From Chiloscyllium plagiosum (Eukaryota): 22,601 nucleotides of DNA. The stretch lies in the NCBI RefSeq assembly GCF_004010195.1, contig NC_057719.1:50891008-50913608 (forward strand). Direction: 5' to 3'. The notes under the pieces were generated by a model that saw nothing but the letters and a program-made list of their open reading frames with translations, ran no database searches and was not told the origin of the DNA. Positions 11,492-21,419 of the stretch are shown here, one piece after another (position 1 is the stretch's first letter; every line of letters begins with the position of its first letter). Position numbers and translations under genes: made by a program.

Positions 11492-12178
11492 CCTATATCT
11501 AGACTGCCTTGCCAGCCCATTAACATTGAATCTGCTACTTTCTATCATATGGCTTATTGCTACTGAAAATGAATACCTTCCAAGGATTTTTTTTTATGCT
11601 TCTGATGTTTGTTCAAGCAATGTATGTTTATCTGCAAATTTAACTTCTGTCAAAAACTAGAAGCTTGTCTAAATTTGGTACTTTGACACAAACGAATAAC
11701 TTAAATCCCAGCAGAGATCCGGGAATTTCCAGATAAAATTTATGCCATCTTGCAAACTGCCCAGTGAATTCCATTATCACCATTCTTTCTGAATTTGTCA
11801 AAATCTGACCATGCCTGATAAACTGGATCACCAGGCTAATCAATTTAATTCATGCAAGTTAATAGTTTGTCAAAATATTCATATATGTGTCCAAATCTTC
11901 AGTTTCCAATTCCAAAAACCTTCTCATCCCGCTTTTGTGTGGCAGCAAAAGAGCCAAGGTCATACTTTGTTTCTTCTTCAGTAAATATGTACAGCAGTTC
12001 CACATGGTTACTTCAGTTTTAAACTGGTCATAATTTTTCACATCAAAAACAGGTGGGGAATCATATCCCATTATTTTAGATTTTGAATCAGCCATGTCTC
12101 TGATGTCTTCTTCAGATTACTGTTTGGTTAGAATTAAACATGTTTTTTAATCTTCGCTTTACAAATGGCTAAGCTATT

Positions 12179-12189
12179 CTCTGCTAGCA
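12179..12189 (-). promoter_or_regulatory. Primer-binding site complementary to tRNA-iMet 3' end (1 mismatch)
   Basis: The + strand ctctgctagca compares with the vertebrate initiator tRNA 3' end CUCUGCUACCA. It sits between the putative LTR terminus and the gag ATG, 84 nt from the latter. Confidence 0.65.
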
Positions 12190-14582
12190 TTGAGAGACAC
12201 CAGGTTAAAGGTTGGTGTGACAGAATCCAGGCATATACTTTGAGTCAGAGATTTATTCCAGTCCACACATTGGACAAATCCAAAATACTTATTACCTGTA
12301 TCTCATATCACTTCTCACCCAATTTTCACTTTCTCTCTAATTCCATTTTGTCTGAGGCATCTCTTCCAGACCTTAGTAGATAGAGTTAAATAGAGTGTTA
12401 AAGTTGTAATTTAGGACAAGTATTTGCTTGGTGCATTTACAAGTTATGACTTGGAAGCCTGACAGTAGTGCTTTCTGCTCTGACTATCTAAACAGCTGGA
12501 TTAATGGAGATGATTTGATACTGGGTGCACCTTTGTAGATCTAGAAGGATACATTCTCGAGATAAATAATTGACCAATTTAGAAGATCAGTGGTCATTTG
12601 GGGCTATTTGAATTTGAGCGGCTACTGCGGGAAATTAAAAGCAATATCCTCAAAAGAGAGGAGCTCAAATTCCTGGAAGGAATGAGGAAGACAGTTTTTA
12701 AGGATTCTGTGACTTGCACTGTTCATTGATGTCTGTGTGAGTTGCTGAGAAATTAATGGCTGTGCATTTAATGTGCAGTTAATAGTTTGTTTGACCACAA
12801 TATGCCTTTTAATTCATGTTTACTTGGTAATTTTGTATGATAGGTACAAGATAGAGAGTATTGAGCTTTTAGTTGTCTCTTGTGTAATTGAAAATCTTCT
12901 GATCGTGTAAAACAAAATCTTGTGATGGTATTGTATCTTGTGCCTTTATTCTCTTTGTAAGTATCTGGGATTTCAAATTTCACCTGCTTAAAAAAAAACT
13001 TGTCCCCAAACTGGATTGTAACCAAATCGGAGAATCCTAACCAGGACTGTAGCAGTGCACTTACAGTTTAAAAATATAATTCCTGCCACTAAACTATCAG
13101 AACAAATGATTAAGTTGCTTTTGGCATAGTGGGTGTTAATTTAACACTCATACAGGATCTTTGCTCCCTTCTTACTGCAGATATAAAATGTCAAAAGATA
13201 ACATTTATACAGCAATGTTGACTGCAATGTTCACATTTCTCAATAGAAAATATATCATAGCTGCAGGCTCCTGCAGGTAACAGCATTCTTCTTTTAATTC
13301 TGGACTTTAGCTAGCAATGGAAAGTTTCATTTTCACCACATCAATGGTGGTAGAGCAGCTTGCCCATTCCCAGTGTACATTCTATTACTTTCAAACGGTT
13401 GAAAATTAGGTGGGGAATCCGCTCCACTGAATCACCATCCAAACCATGATGGTGAAAGTTTAGTATATTGATTTGCAGATAAGCAATGTCCTTTTGATTA
13501 TAGATACATCTTCTGAATTAACATAATTTGTTCTGTGCACATTTGTCATTGAGATAGATCCAAGTTCATTGCACAATTTGATCTTGTATTAATTACCACC
13601 AACAAGCAAAACTTGTTGGTGGTAATTGAAAACACAGTGTTTTCAAACTGATTTGGTAATGTCTTACATGTATCAAATTTAGGAAACAGTCTGATCACAC
13701 TGATATCCTTTATCCAAAAACCTCCATACCAACTGTTTGTTAGATAAAGGATATTTTTGGTTTTTGGATACACTGAGACGAGTCAGGAGTGTCTGTATCT
13801 TCAAACCTGTTTCTGCCTCCAGCTAAAAATCTGCTTCAGCTTCCTTTTTTCAATTGCCAATCACATCCTGATTCTAAACTGTCTTCAGTGCTATTGACAC
13901 AACAGGACATCCATTTGCCTGGATTTACTAGGCTGTTGCTACTTTAGACAAGCAACTTTGTTTGCTTGGAAAATCAAGAATGATGGAGGTTTGAGTGACT
14001 AGAAAAAAGTGATGTGCAGTTTACCAATCTGAAAGATGTGCTCTGGAGGAGTAGAATTTTTTTTTAGTTATTGAAAACATAAGAATACACTAAAATGCAT
14101 AGCAAAATTCTACTGATGAAAGCGTATAGTTCCATTCGAGCCCTTTGGAAAAACAACTTTGATTTTAGGTCCATTTAGGCCACGTCTTTCTTCAAAGGGC
14201 CTGAACTCAGCGGGTCTATTCAGGTCTGCTTTTGAAAAGACCTTCAGTTCTTAGATCTTTTTTGATTTTCAGACATGCAGATAAAGGATATCTGACCTGT
14301 ATTTTTTTTTTCAAGAGTTAGGGGTTAGATATATTACTCTGACCATATGTACAACTATTCCTCCCAGGGAGATGTGTGCATGTTAACTAATTGGGAAATA
14401 TTTGATCACGTTCTACCAAAATTGACACAGAATTCTCTCAGATAAATCATGGAGTAAAATATCATCAATTTATAATAAATTTGAAGTATTGTACCCACGG
14501 TTACTCAAGTGTTAAGCTTTGCATCACTTACTGTAGTCCCCCCGAATTATACGTATACATCCATATTTGTTTTGCCGTACAG

Positions 14583-14766
14583 GACTCTGATGATGATAGC
14601 AGCACAGGACAGATCAGTGAAGGCCAGATGCCCAAATTTACTGGAGCAGCAGAAAGCATCCTGACTGGACAAGCACAATACAGAAGTTCTCGATCAATGA
14701 ATAGAGACTCAAGCTTAACACGAAGAGGACGTTCACCATCACCAGGACAGTTTGATATTCAAAAAG
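14583..14766 (+). CDS. KIAA0586: Internal coding exon of TALPID3/KIAA0586 (phase 0-1, 184 nt)
   Basis: Acceptor tttgttttgccgtacag|GAC and donor AAG|gtaatt. Encodes DSDDDSSTGQISEGQMPKFTGAAESILTGQAQYRSSRSMNRDSSLTRRGRSPSPGQFDIQK, resembling recalled human [28 protein letters not shown]...RQFDTVSG. In frame with the previous exon. Confidence 0.9.
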
Positions 14767-15533
14767 GTAATTAGTAGACGATAGTTATCTCTTCAACAAA
14801 GGGAATTGACATTTATCCTGACATGCTCTAGCTGGGAAAACTATCTAGTTTGTTTAATGCAGTAGGTATCATTGAGCTGAACAAGAGTTTTTTTCTGTGC
14901 CATGAGACCAATAGTTGAAATCACACCTCTTATTCACACTTTAGAAGCGTTATCCCCTATTGCTTAGATTGTCTAACATCCTATGGCACTTTCCAGACAA
15001 GAGATGTGGCTGATGACCTGCAATTGTTGTTGTGTGCTAATTTATAAGTGTCTTCATGGAGACAGCCAATTGCTGTGAACTCCATTTTTCCCTCTGCTTC
15101 CAGTAAGAAAATATTTGACATTTGAGTTTTTCCCCTTTGAAAGCATATCATGAGCTTGTCCTTCATTCTACTCCGTTTCTGTCTTTTTCACTTAAAGCAC
15201 CATCTCATTCATGGCACTGTCCAATGGCAAACTGCACACGCCCCAATGCATTCTTCATATATGACCATAAACAACAAGTGTCTGCTGAAGTTATGACTTC
15301 ACAAGAAATACTTGTCAATTCTGTCATGTCTTCACCCAATATCCACTCAGGTGCATTTGACCTAAAGTCATCGCAATTGAGAGAAGAAGTCATGACTTTT
15401 TGGTTATTTCTTCTTGCACCTGGATGCAAGTTCGACTATCAGGCACAATTACAATGTAGAATAGAACCAAATTTGCTTCTTATTGCTATGTTATCTCACA
15501 TTGAAATCCTGTTACTAGGTTCATGAGAACCGT

Positions 15534-15848
15534 GGGTAGCACTGGGTAGCTCTGTGGTTAGCACTGCTGCCTCACAGCACCAGGGACCCAGGTTCGATTC
15601 CAGCCTTGGGCAACTGTCGGTGTGGAGTTTGCACATTCTCCCCGTGTCTGCATGGGTTTCCTCCGGGTGCTCCGGTTTCCTCCCACAGTCCAAAGATGTG
15701 CAGCCCAGGTGAATTGGCCATTCTGAATTGCCCATAGTGTTAGGTGCATTAGTCAGAGGGAAATGGGTCTGGGTGGGTTACTCTTTAGAGAGTCAGTGTG
15801 GACTTATTGGGCCGAAGGGCCTGTTTCCACACTGTAGGTAATCAAATC
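15534..15848 (+). mobile_element. HE1-type SINE, full length
   Basis: tRNA-like head with B box ggttcgattcc (15591-15601). The 3' end gggccgaagggcctgtttccacactgta resembles the LINE 3' end at about 9400-9430. Possible TSD tcatgagaa (15521-15529) / tcataagaa (15847-15855). Confidence 0.93.
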
Positions 15849-16150
15849 ATAAGAAATAGGAGCAGGAGAATGGCTATTCAACCCACTGAGCCTGCTCTCT
15901 CATTCATTAAGTTATGATTGATCTGATTGTGGCTTTAACCTTACATTCCTGCCTCAACCAGCCCCCTCTATTTTTGTCTCGATCATCAATTACCAATCGT
16001 GTCTTGCAGCCTTGAATATGTTCAATGACCCAGCCTTCATTACTTTCTATGAAAGAGCTTCCAAATCTTAATGACATTCTGAGAGATGAAATGCTCTTCG
16101 TCTCCATCTTAAATAAGAGACTCGTTATTTTTTAAAATTCTGTCCTTATT
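15849..16150 (-). mobile_element. Old CR1 LINE 3' fragment
   Basis: ataagaaataggagcaggag...gagcctgctc...cagccttgaatatgttcaatgacccagcc is collinear with the LINE ends at 16841 and 21420. Confidence 0.75.
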
Positions 16151-17325
16151 TCCAGAATCCTAATTCTGCTTGTCCTTTTCAGAAAAAACTTCATTATGAG
16201 GTGATCATGTTGGGTATTATGTGTATAAATAAAAATGGCAGTCCTACAAAACTGCTGTTTCCTCTTAGGTAAGCCTTATGCAAATCTGTAAGAAGTGAAT
16301 TTACTCAAAAGAAAATCGAAGAACATTTTAATATTTACATTGAAACATTTCTGGAAATTTCACCTAAATTATATTCTTCTTCCTTGGCCCTCATTTATCT
16401 AAGCTTTGTTTGGTGAATTTTACTCATGCATTGTTGGTTTCAGATAAACTTATAACAGTTTGGCAATATTTAATCTTGTTTCTTATTCTTCAAATAACAG
16501 TAATATTGCTTGTTTTTTTCAATCAAATTCATGAAGAAGCAAGTGTTAATCAACAAATTGGAGTTGATCTACTTTATTTCTAGTCTTCTGACAATAACAT
16601 TTAATCCATATAAAATTAAGTTTCTTGATAGCAAGGAACTACAATCAAATAATATTAGAATAATTGTTTTCAACTAACATGCTGCATTAGTGACATTGAT
16701 GACAAATGCCATAAGTTAGATCATTGTGCTGACTGGTTTTTCAGCCATGAATTTACATTATAGTTCTGGAAAATAATGGCAGCAAGTGTAGCAGCAGATC
16801 AGGAGAGTTGCAATATTTGTTACTGCTGCTATTCACAATGACCATAAGATATAGGAACAGAAATTAGGGTGTTCAGCCCATTGAGTCTGCTCGGTTATTC
16901 AATCATGGCTGATAAGTTTTTCAAGCCCATTCTCCCACTTTCTCCCCATAACCCTTGATCCCCTTGACAAAAAATAACCTATCTAATTCTGTCTTAAATA
17001 TACTCAAAGTCCTGGCCTCTACAGCCTTCTGTGGCAGTGAATTCCAGAGATTCACCACTCTCTGGCTAAAGAAGTTCCTCCTTATCACCATTCTTAAAGG
17101 TTTTCGCTTTACTGCAAGGCTGTTCCCTCGCGCCCTAGTTTCTCCTACCAATGAAAACTTATTCCCTAAGTTTCAATTAGATTCCTGTTCATCTTTCTAA
17201 ACTCCATTGAGTATAGCCCCAGTCCTCAAACATTCCTCATATGTTAAGCATTTCATTCCTGGAACCATTCTCATGAACCTCCTTTGAACATGCTTAAGGG
17301 CCAGTACATCCTTCCTGAGATATGG

Positions 17326-18067
17326 GGAAAGTGAGGACTGCAGATTATGTAGATCAGAGTCGAAGAGTGTAGTACTGAAAAAGCTCTGCAGGTCAGGAAG
17401 CAACCAAGGATCAGGAGAATCAACATTTCAGGCATACACCCTTCATCAGGAATGAAGCTTGTGGGCCGGGATGGGGGAGGCCGGGATGGGGGAGGCGGGG
17501 TCGGCGGGGTTGGGGGGGGAGGGTGAGGCAGAGGCTAGAGGGAAGGTAGCTGGAAATGCGATAGGTAGATGAAGATGTGGGGGAGGGTGATAAGTCGGTG
17601 AGGAGAGTTGAGCGGATAGGTTGGAAGGAAGATGAACAGGTCAAGAATGTAGTGCTGAGTTGGAGACTTGGGACTGGGATAAGTTGGGGAAGAGGAAATG
17701 AGGAAACTAGTGAAATCCACTTTGATACCGTGTGGTTGCAGGGTCCAAGGCGGTATATGAGACGTTCTCCCTCCTGGTGTCTGGTGGTTAGGGTTTGGTG
17801 ATGAAGGAGGCCCAGGACCTGCATGTCCTTGGTGGAGTGGGAGGGGGGGGTGGTTAAAATGTTCAGCCATGAGGTGGTGGAGTTGGTTGGTGTGGATGTC
17901 CAGGGGACCTTCTCTGAAACAATCTGCAAGTTGGCATCCTGTGTCCCCGATGTTGAAGGAACCACAACAGATGCAAAGGATAGAGTAGATGATGTGTGCA
18001 GAAGTACAGACAAACTTCTGTCAGATGTGGAAGGATCCTTTGGGGCCTTGGACAGAGGTGAGGGGGA
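17326..18067 (-). mobile_element. 5'-truncated Penelope-like element (family 2, Neptune-like GIY-YIG endonuclease plus terminal repeat) nested in CR1
   Basis: A minus frame reads QGPKGSFHI*QKFVCTSAHIIYSILCICCGSFNIGDTG...MAEHFN, then DMQVLGL..ERLIYRLG..LQPHGIKVDF, a decayed GIY-YIG domain with Cys motif. The 3' end equals the 7794 and 11335 elements. atatgg is repeated at 17320-17325 and 18068-18073, and the CR1 reading resumes on both sides. Confidence 0.88.
17418..17453 (-). ncRNA. Minimal hammerhead ribozyme motif (decayed) in family 2 PLE
   Basis: Minus strand attc-CTGATGA-a-gggt-gtat-gcct-GAAA-tgtt-gatt. The younger copy at 11388-11395 shows the ancestral GAAACGTC. Confidence 0.62.
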
Positions 18068-19550
18068 ATATGGAGCCCAGAACTGCACACAATACTTCAA
18101 ATGTGGTCTGACCAGAACCTTATAAAGCCTTAGAAGTACACCACTGCTTTTGCTAATTCAGCTTGCAAGTTTACCTTGAGAACTCTCACGTCTCTTTGAA
18201 CTTCAGACTCCTGAATTTTCTCTCCATTTAGAAAATAGTCTACACCTCTATTCTACATGACCTCACACTTTCCCATGTTGTATTTCATCTGCCATATCTT
18301 TGCCCACTCTACTAACCTGTCCAAATCCTTCTGCAGCCTCCCAGCCTCCTCAATACTACCTGTTCCTCCACCTATCTTTGTAACATCTGCAAATTTAGCC
18401 AGAATGCCAACAGTTCCTTCATCTGAATTATTAATGAGTAAAGTGAAAAGTTGTGGTCCCAACACTGATCCTTGCAGGACACCATTTATCACTGGCTGCA
18501 ATCCTGAGAAAGACCCTTTATCCCCACTCTCTGCTTTCTGCCAGACAGCAAATCTTCTGTCCATTCTTGCACTTTACCTCAAACAACATGGCTCCTTATT
18601 TTGCTCAGCATCCTCCTGTGCGGCACCTTGTGAAAGGCCTTTTGATGTCCAGGTAGATAAAATCCATTGAATGTCTTTGGTCTGTCCGGCTCATTACTTC
18701 CTCAAAGAACTCTAGCAAACTTATCAGGCATGACCTCCCCTTGATGAAACCACGCTGACTTTGCCCTATTTTACCAAATACTTCCAAGTATTCAGAAATC
18801 TCATTCTTCACAATGGACTCCAAAATCTTACCCACGACCAAGGATAGGCTAATCAGCCTATAATTTTCCATGTTTTGCCGTACTCCCTTTTTAATCCGGG
18901 GTGTCACATTAGTGATTTTCCAGTCCTTTGTTACCCTCCCTGACTCCTGAAAGATCACCACTAACACCTCTTCCGCTATCTCCTTTAGAACTCTGGGGCG
19001 TAGTCCATCTGGTCCAGGTTATTTATCCACCTTCAGGCCATTCAGTTTTTCTGGCACCTTCTCCTTGTGATGGTCACCATACTCAGTTCTGCCGTAAAGA
19101 CTGAGGCAAAATAATTATTCAGTTCTTCAGCCATTTCTTTGTTTCCCACTACTATCTCTACAGCATTGTTTTCCAGCAGCCCAATGTCCACTTTTGTCTC
19201 TCTTTTGCCCTTTATACATCTAAAGAAACTTTTACAGTCTGCCTTTATATAACTGGCTAGCTTACCCACACATTTAATCTTCTCATTCCTTTTTTTGTTG
19301 CCCCTCTGTTGTTCTTTATAAACTTCCCAATCCTCTGGTTTCCCACTGTCCTTCGCCACATTATATGCTTTCTCTTTTGCTTTTATGCTATCCCTGACCC
19401 TCCTGGTCAGCCATGGTTGCCTCATCCTCCCTGCACCATGCTTCTTTTACCGTGGGATGAATTTTTTAAACAAGGGTTTAAATGGTTTTATAGTATATCA
19501 TTTTTTTCAAACTTTGAATGATTTTAATACCTGCAGTTGTGTCTTCTTAG

Positions 19551-19681
19551 AGAGAAATGGATGGGAGCTAGATACCAGCTATGGACCTATGACCTTGGCA
19601 GATCTTGAAACATGTCCCATCCCAGCACTTCACAGCAGTCAAGCACTCCAGAAGACCCCTAAATCAGAAAGCCAGGGACAG
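19551..19681 (+). CDS. KIAA0586: Internal coding exon of TALPID3/KIAA0586 (phase 1-0, 131 nt)
   Basis: Acceptor gtgtcttcttag|AG completes the split codon G+AG, and the donor is CAG|gttagt. Encodes (E)RNGWELDTSYGPMTLADLETCPIPALHSSQALQKTPKSESQGQ, where SYGPMTLADLE resembles recalled human SHGPMSLGELE. Phase is compatible with the preceding exon. Confidence 0.8.
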
Positions 19682-20052
19682 GTTAGTATCAGAGAGGTTT
19701 CCAGTTTACTTGAATAGCTATTTGCTGAGCTGTGATTTTTGTTGTAATTGTGTACCTTGCAACCAAAATGATTCCCAAATGAGTATAAAAGAGACCCTGT
19801 CTCTGAAGTATTTTGGAGCAGTCCAAAAGCCAGTTGCAGTTTGAAGATTTAACATATTATCTACTGCAAAGAAACACACCAAACTCCCTAGACTATACAA
19901 ATTGTGGTTGTCCCACTAACATGATAGCAAAGAGAAATGTAGCTATTTCCTCTGCTTGTGCAGAGAACTAAGTGTTGGAAAACACATTACAAATTATAAG
20001 TGGACTGGTTGAAAAGTCTTTTGATCTTAACACCTGTTGGAACTTTGGAACT

Positions 20053-20150
20053 GTTGTGAAAAAGGGTCACTGGACCCAAAACATTGACTCTGATTTTTCT
20101 GCACAGATGCTGCCAGACCTGCTGGGTTTTTCCAGCAATTTTTGTTTTAG
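20053..20150 (+). mobile_element. Short old PLE-derived element related to family 2, starting at a decayed hammerhead motif
   Basis: gtgaaaa-a-gggtc-actg-gaccc-aaaacatt (perfect 5 bp stem II, both core boxes mutated), then gatgctgccagacctgctgggtttttccagca. Flanked by tttggaact at 20044-20052 and 20151-20159. Confidence 0.72.
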
Positions 20151-21419
20151 TTTGGAACTTGGGAGTTGGGCTTTATGATTTATATCATGTTTCATATGCT
20201 TTGAAACAAAATGTCTTCATTTTTGATATAACCTGATCTTAATCAAACATAACAGTGCTCCTAGATTTCAGTCACTCTCTGATATTGTTTGACTGCCATA
20301 AATCCTAGTTTGTTTATAGCTAAATGTCAAACTTTAGGTATGATACTTCACAACAGAATGGGGATTTGGCATTAAGTTATCAGATAATTTGAATTAACTG
20401 AGCATGTCAATCCTGTGAAAGTGCTATATGAGGACAGAAATAAGCATTAAACCTGTTGCAGCTGGAAATGCAATCTTTACAAAGGAGGCCAGAAAATTCA
20501 GATGTAGGGAGAGGAGGATCTTCTGATTGGAATTTTGGTGCATGAAATTATTATCTAGGCAACTTTTGTGGGTAGAGATAGCTGTATTCTATAGGGCCTG
20601 AAAAATGGTATGTACTTATTTGATGATAAACAGCAAAATAAAGATAATTGTCTGATTTTTTTTTTTGTTATGGGTGCTATCTGGATGCAAAGTGAAAATA
20701 AATTGGGTTGGCGTTGAGTTTTTTTTAAACTCCATTTCTGCTCAAGGTTTTGCAAATTGTGAAACTTGATATTTTCCATGCAGCAGCAGATTCGGACAAT
20801 GTTTAGAGTATGTACTTTTAAATCCATTAAAGTATTTAAGAGTGGTAATTTGGTGCAGTTAATACAACTGAAAACTGATCTATCATAAAAAAAATTCAGT
20901 GTCTTGACTACCATATGTGGGTAATACCATCTTAAATTACTGAAAGTTAATCAAAAAATGCTATACTGAACCATTTACTAGTTTAGTTTGTATTCTGTAG
21001 TCAATCTCTGCAAATTAGAAAAGGAAATTAAAACATGTATTGTTGCGTCTGAAAAAAACCTCAATTTTAAGAGTTTTCTCAAAAACACACAAAGGTTTAG
21101 CAGAAACTTGGAATGCTGATTAATTCAATTTGGGGACATGATCAGATTTGTGGCTGGTTTCTCATACAATAGATAATGGAAACCCTAATTTGCACTTGAC
21201 TATATTTTCAAATGAAATTGTTGAACTGGTATACAGGTTTGGTTGATTTAGATGAATGATACTGAAAATAAAAGCTCAGTCTGGCATAAACCAATGAGAT
21301 TATGTGCTAGAGGGCTGCATGAACTTTGAAAGTAGAGTTTTGCAAAATTTTGTGATTCAGTAATTGTTTGTCAACAAATGATCTTCTTGACTTATTACTA
21401 TTTCAGCTATCCAGTCATT

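Larger units (their letters stand above)
10295..12300 (-). mobile_element. Decayed 5' part of a Ty1/copia-like LTR retrotransposon (probable GalEa-type): LTR end, PBS, gag, zinc knuckle, protease
   Basis: In minus-strand order: AATAAA (12252-12257), CA end (12191-12192), PBS tgctagcagag (12179-12189), gag start MADSK..GYDSPPVF..YDQFKTEVTMW...KKKQSMTLALLLP (12095), YQAWSDFDKFRK, LEIPGSLLGFKL, CFRCD (about 11164-11178), then LVAD|SFNCVVSDSR*KSTVCGIDWL (decayed aspartic protease motif, 10368-10429). It is interrupted by the CR1 at 10430-11012 and the PLE at 11335-11491. Outer boundaries are approximate. Confidence 0.75.
16841..19463 (-). mobile_element. CR1 LINE ORF2 fragment (about 1.9 kb excluding nested PLE)
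   Basis: ORFs 19042-19425, 18605-18967 (DWKITNVTP..KKG...NYRLISL), 18253-18564 ([18 protein letters not shown]) and 16921-17151 (RNFFSQRVVNLWNSLP) are consecutive frameshifted pieces of CR1 ORF2. Confidence 0.95.

Noticed and set aside
11335..11566. Two opposite-strand ORFs with near-identical peptides (LLEKRSRSGSIKGTG...)
   Set aside because: This is an automatic consequence of the perfect DNA palindrome, not a gene pair.
15122..15526. 134 aa ORF and two near-palindromic gaagt(t/c)atgactt motifs (15287, 15386)
   Set aside because: There is no recognisable protein similarity or exon-like phase fit. The 14 nt motifs are too short to interpret without conservation data.
15534..15610. tRNA gene suggested by A/B boxes
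   Set aside because: It is the tRNA-derived head of an HE1 SINE and continues directly into the SINE body and LINE-like tail.
17420..18100. Longest ORF (226 aa, minus strand) as a novel gene
   Set aside because: It is a chimera of CR1 sequence (YCVQFWAPY) and mostly off-frame PLE sequence. The GIY-YIG frame itself has a stop and frameshifts.
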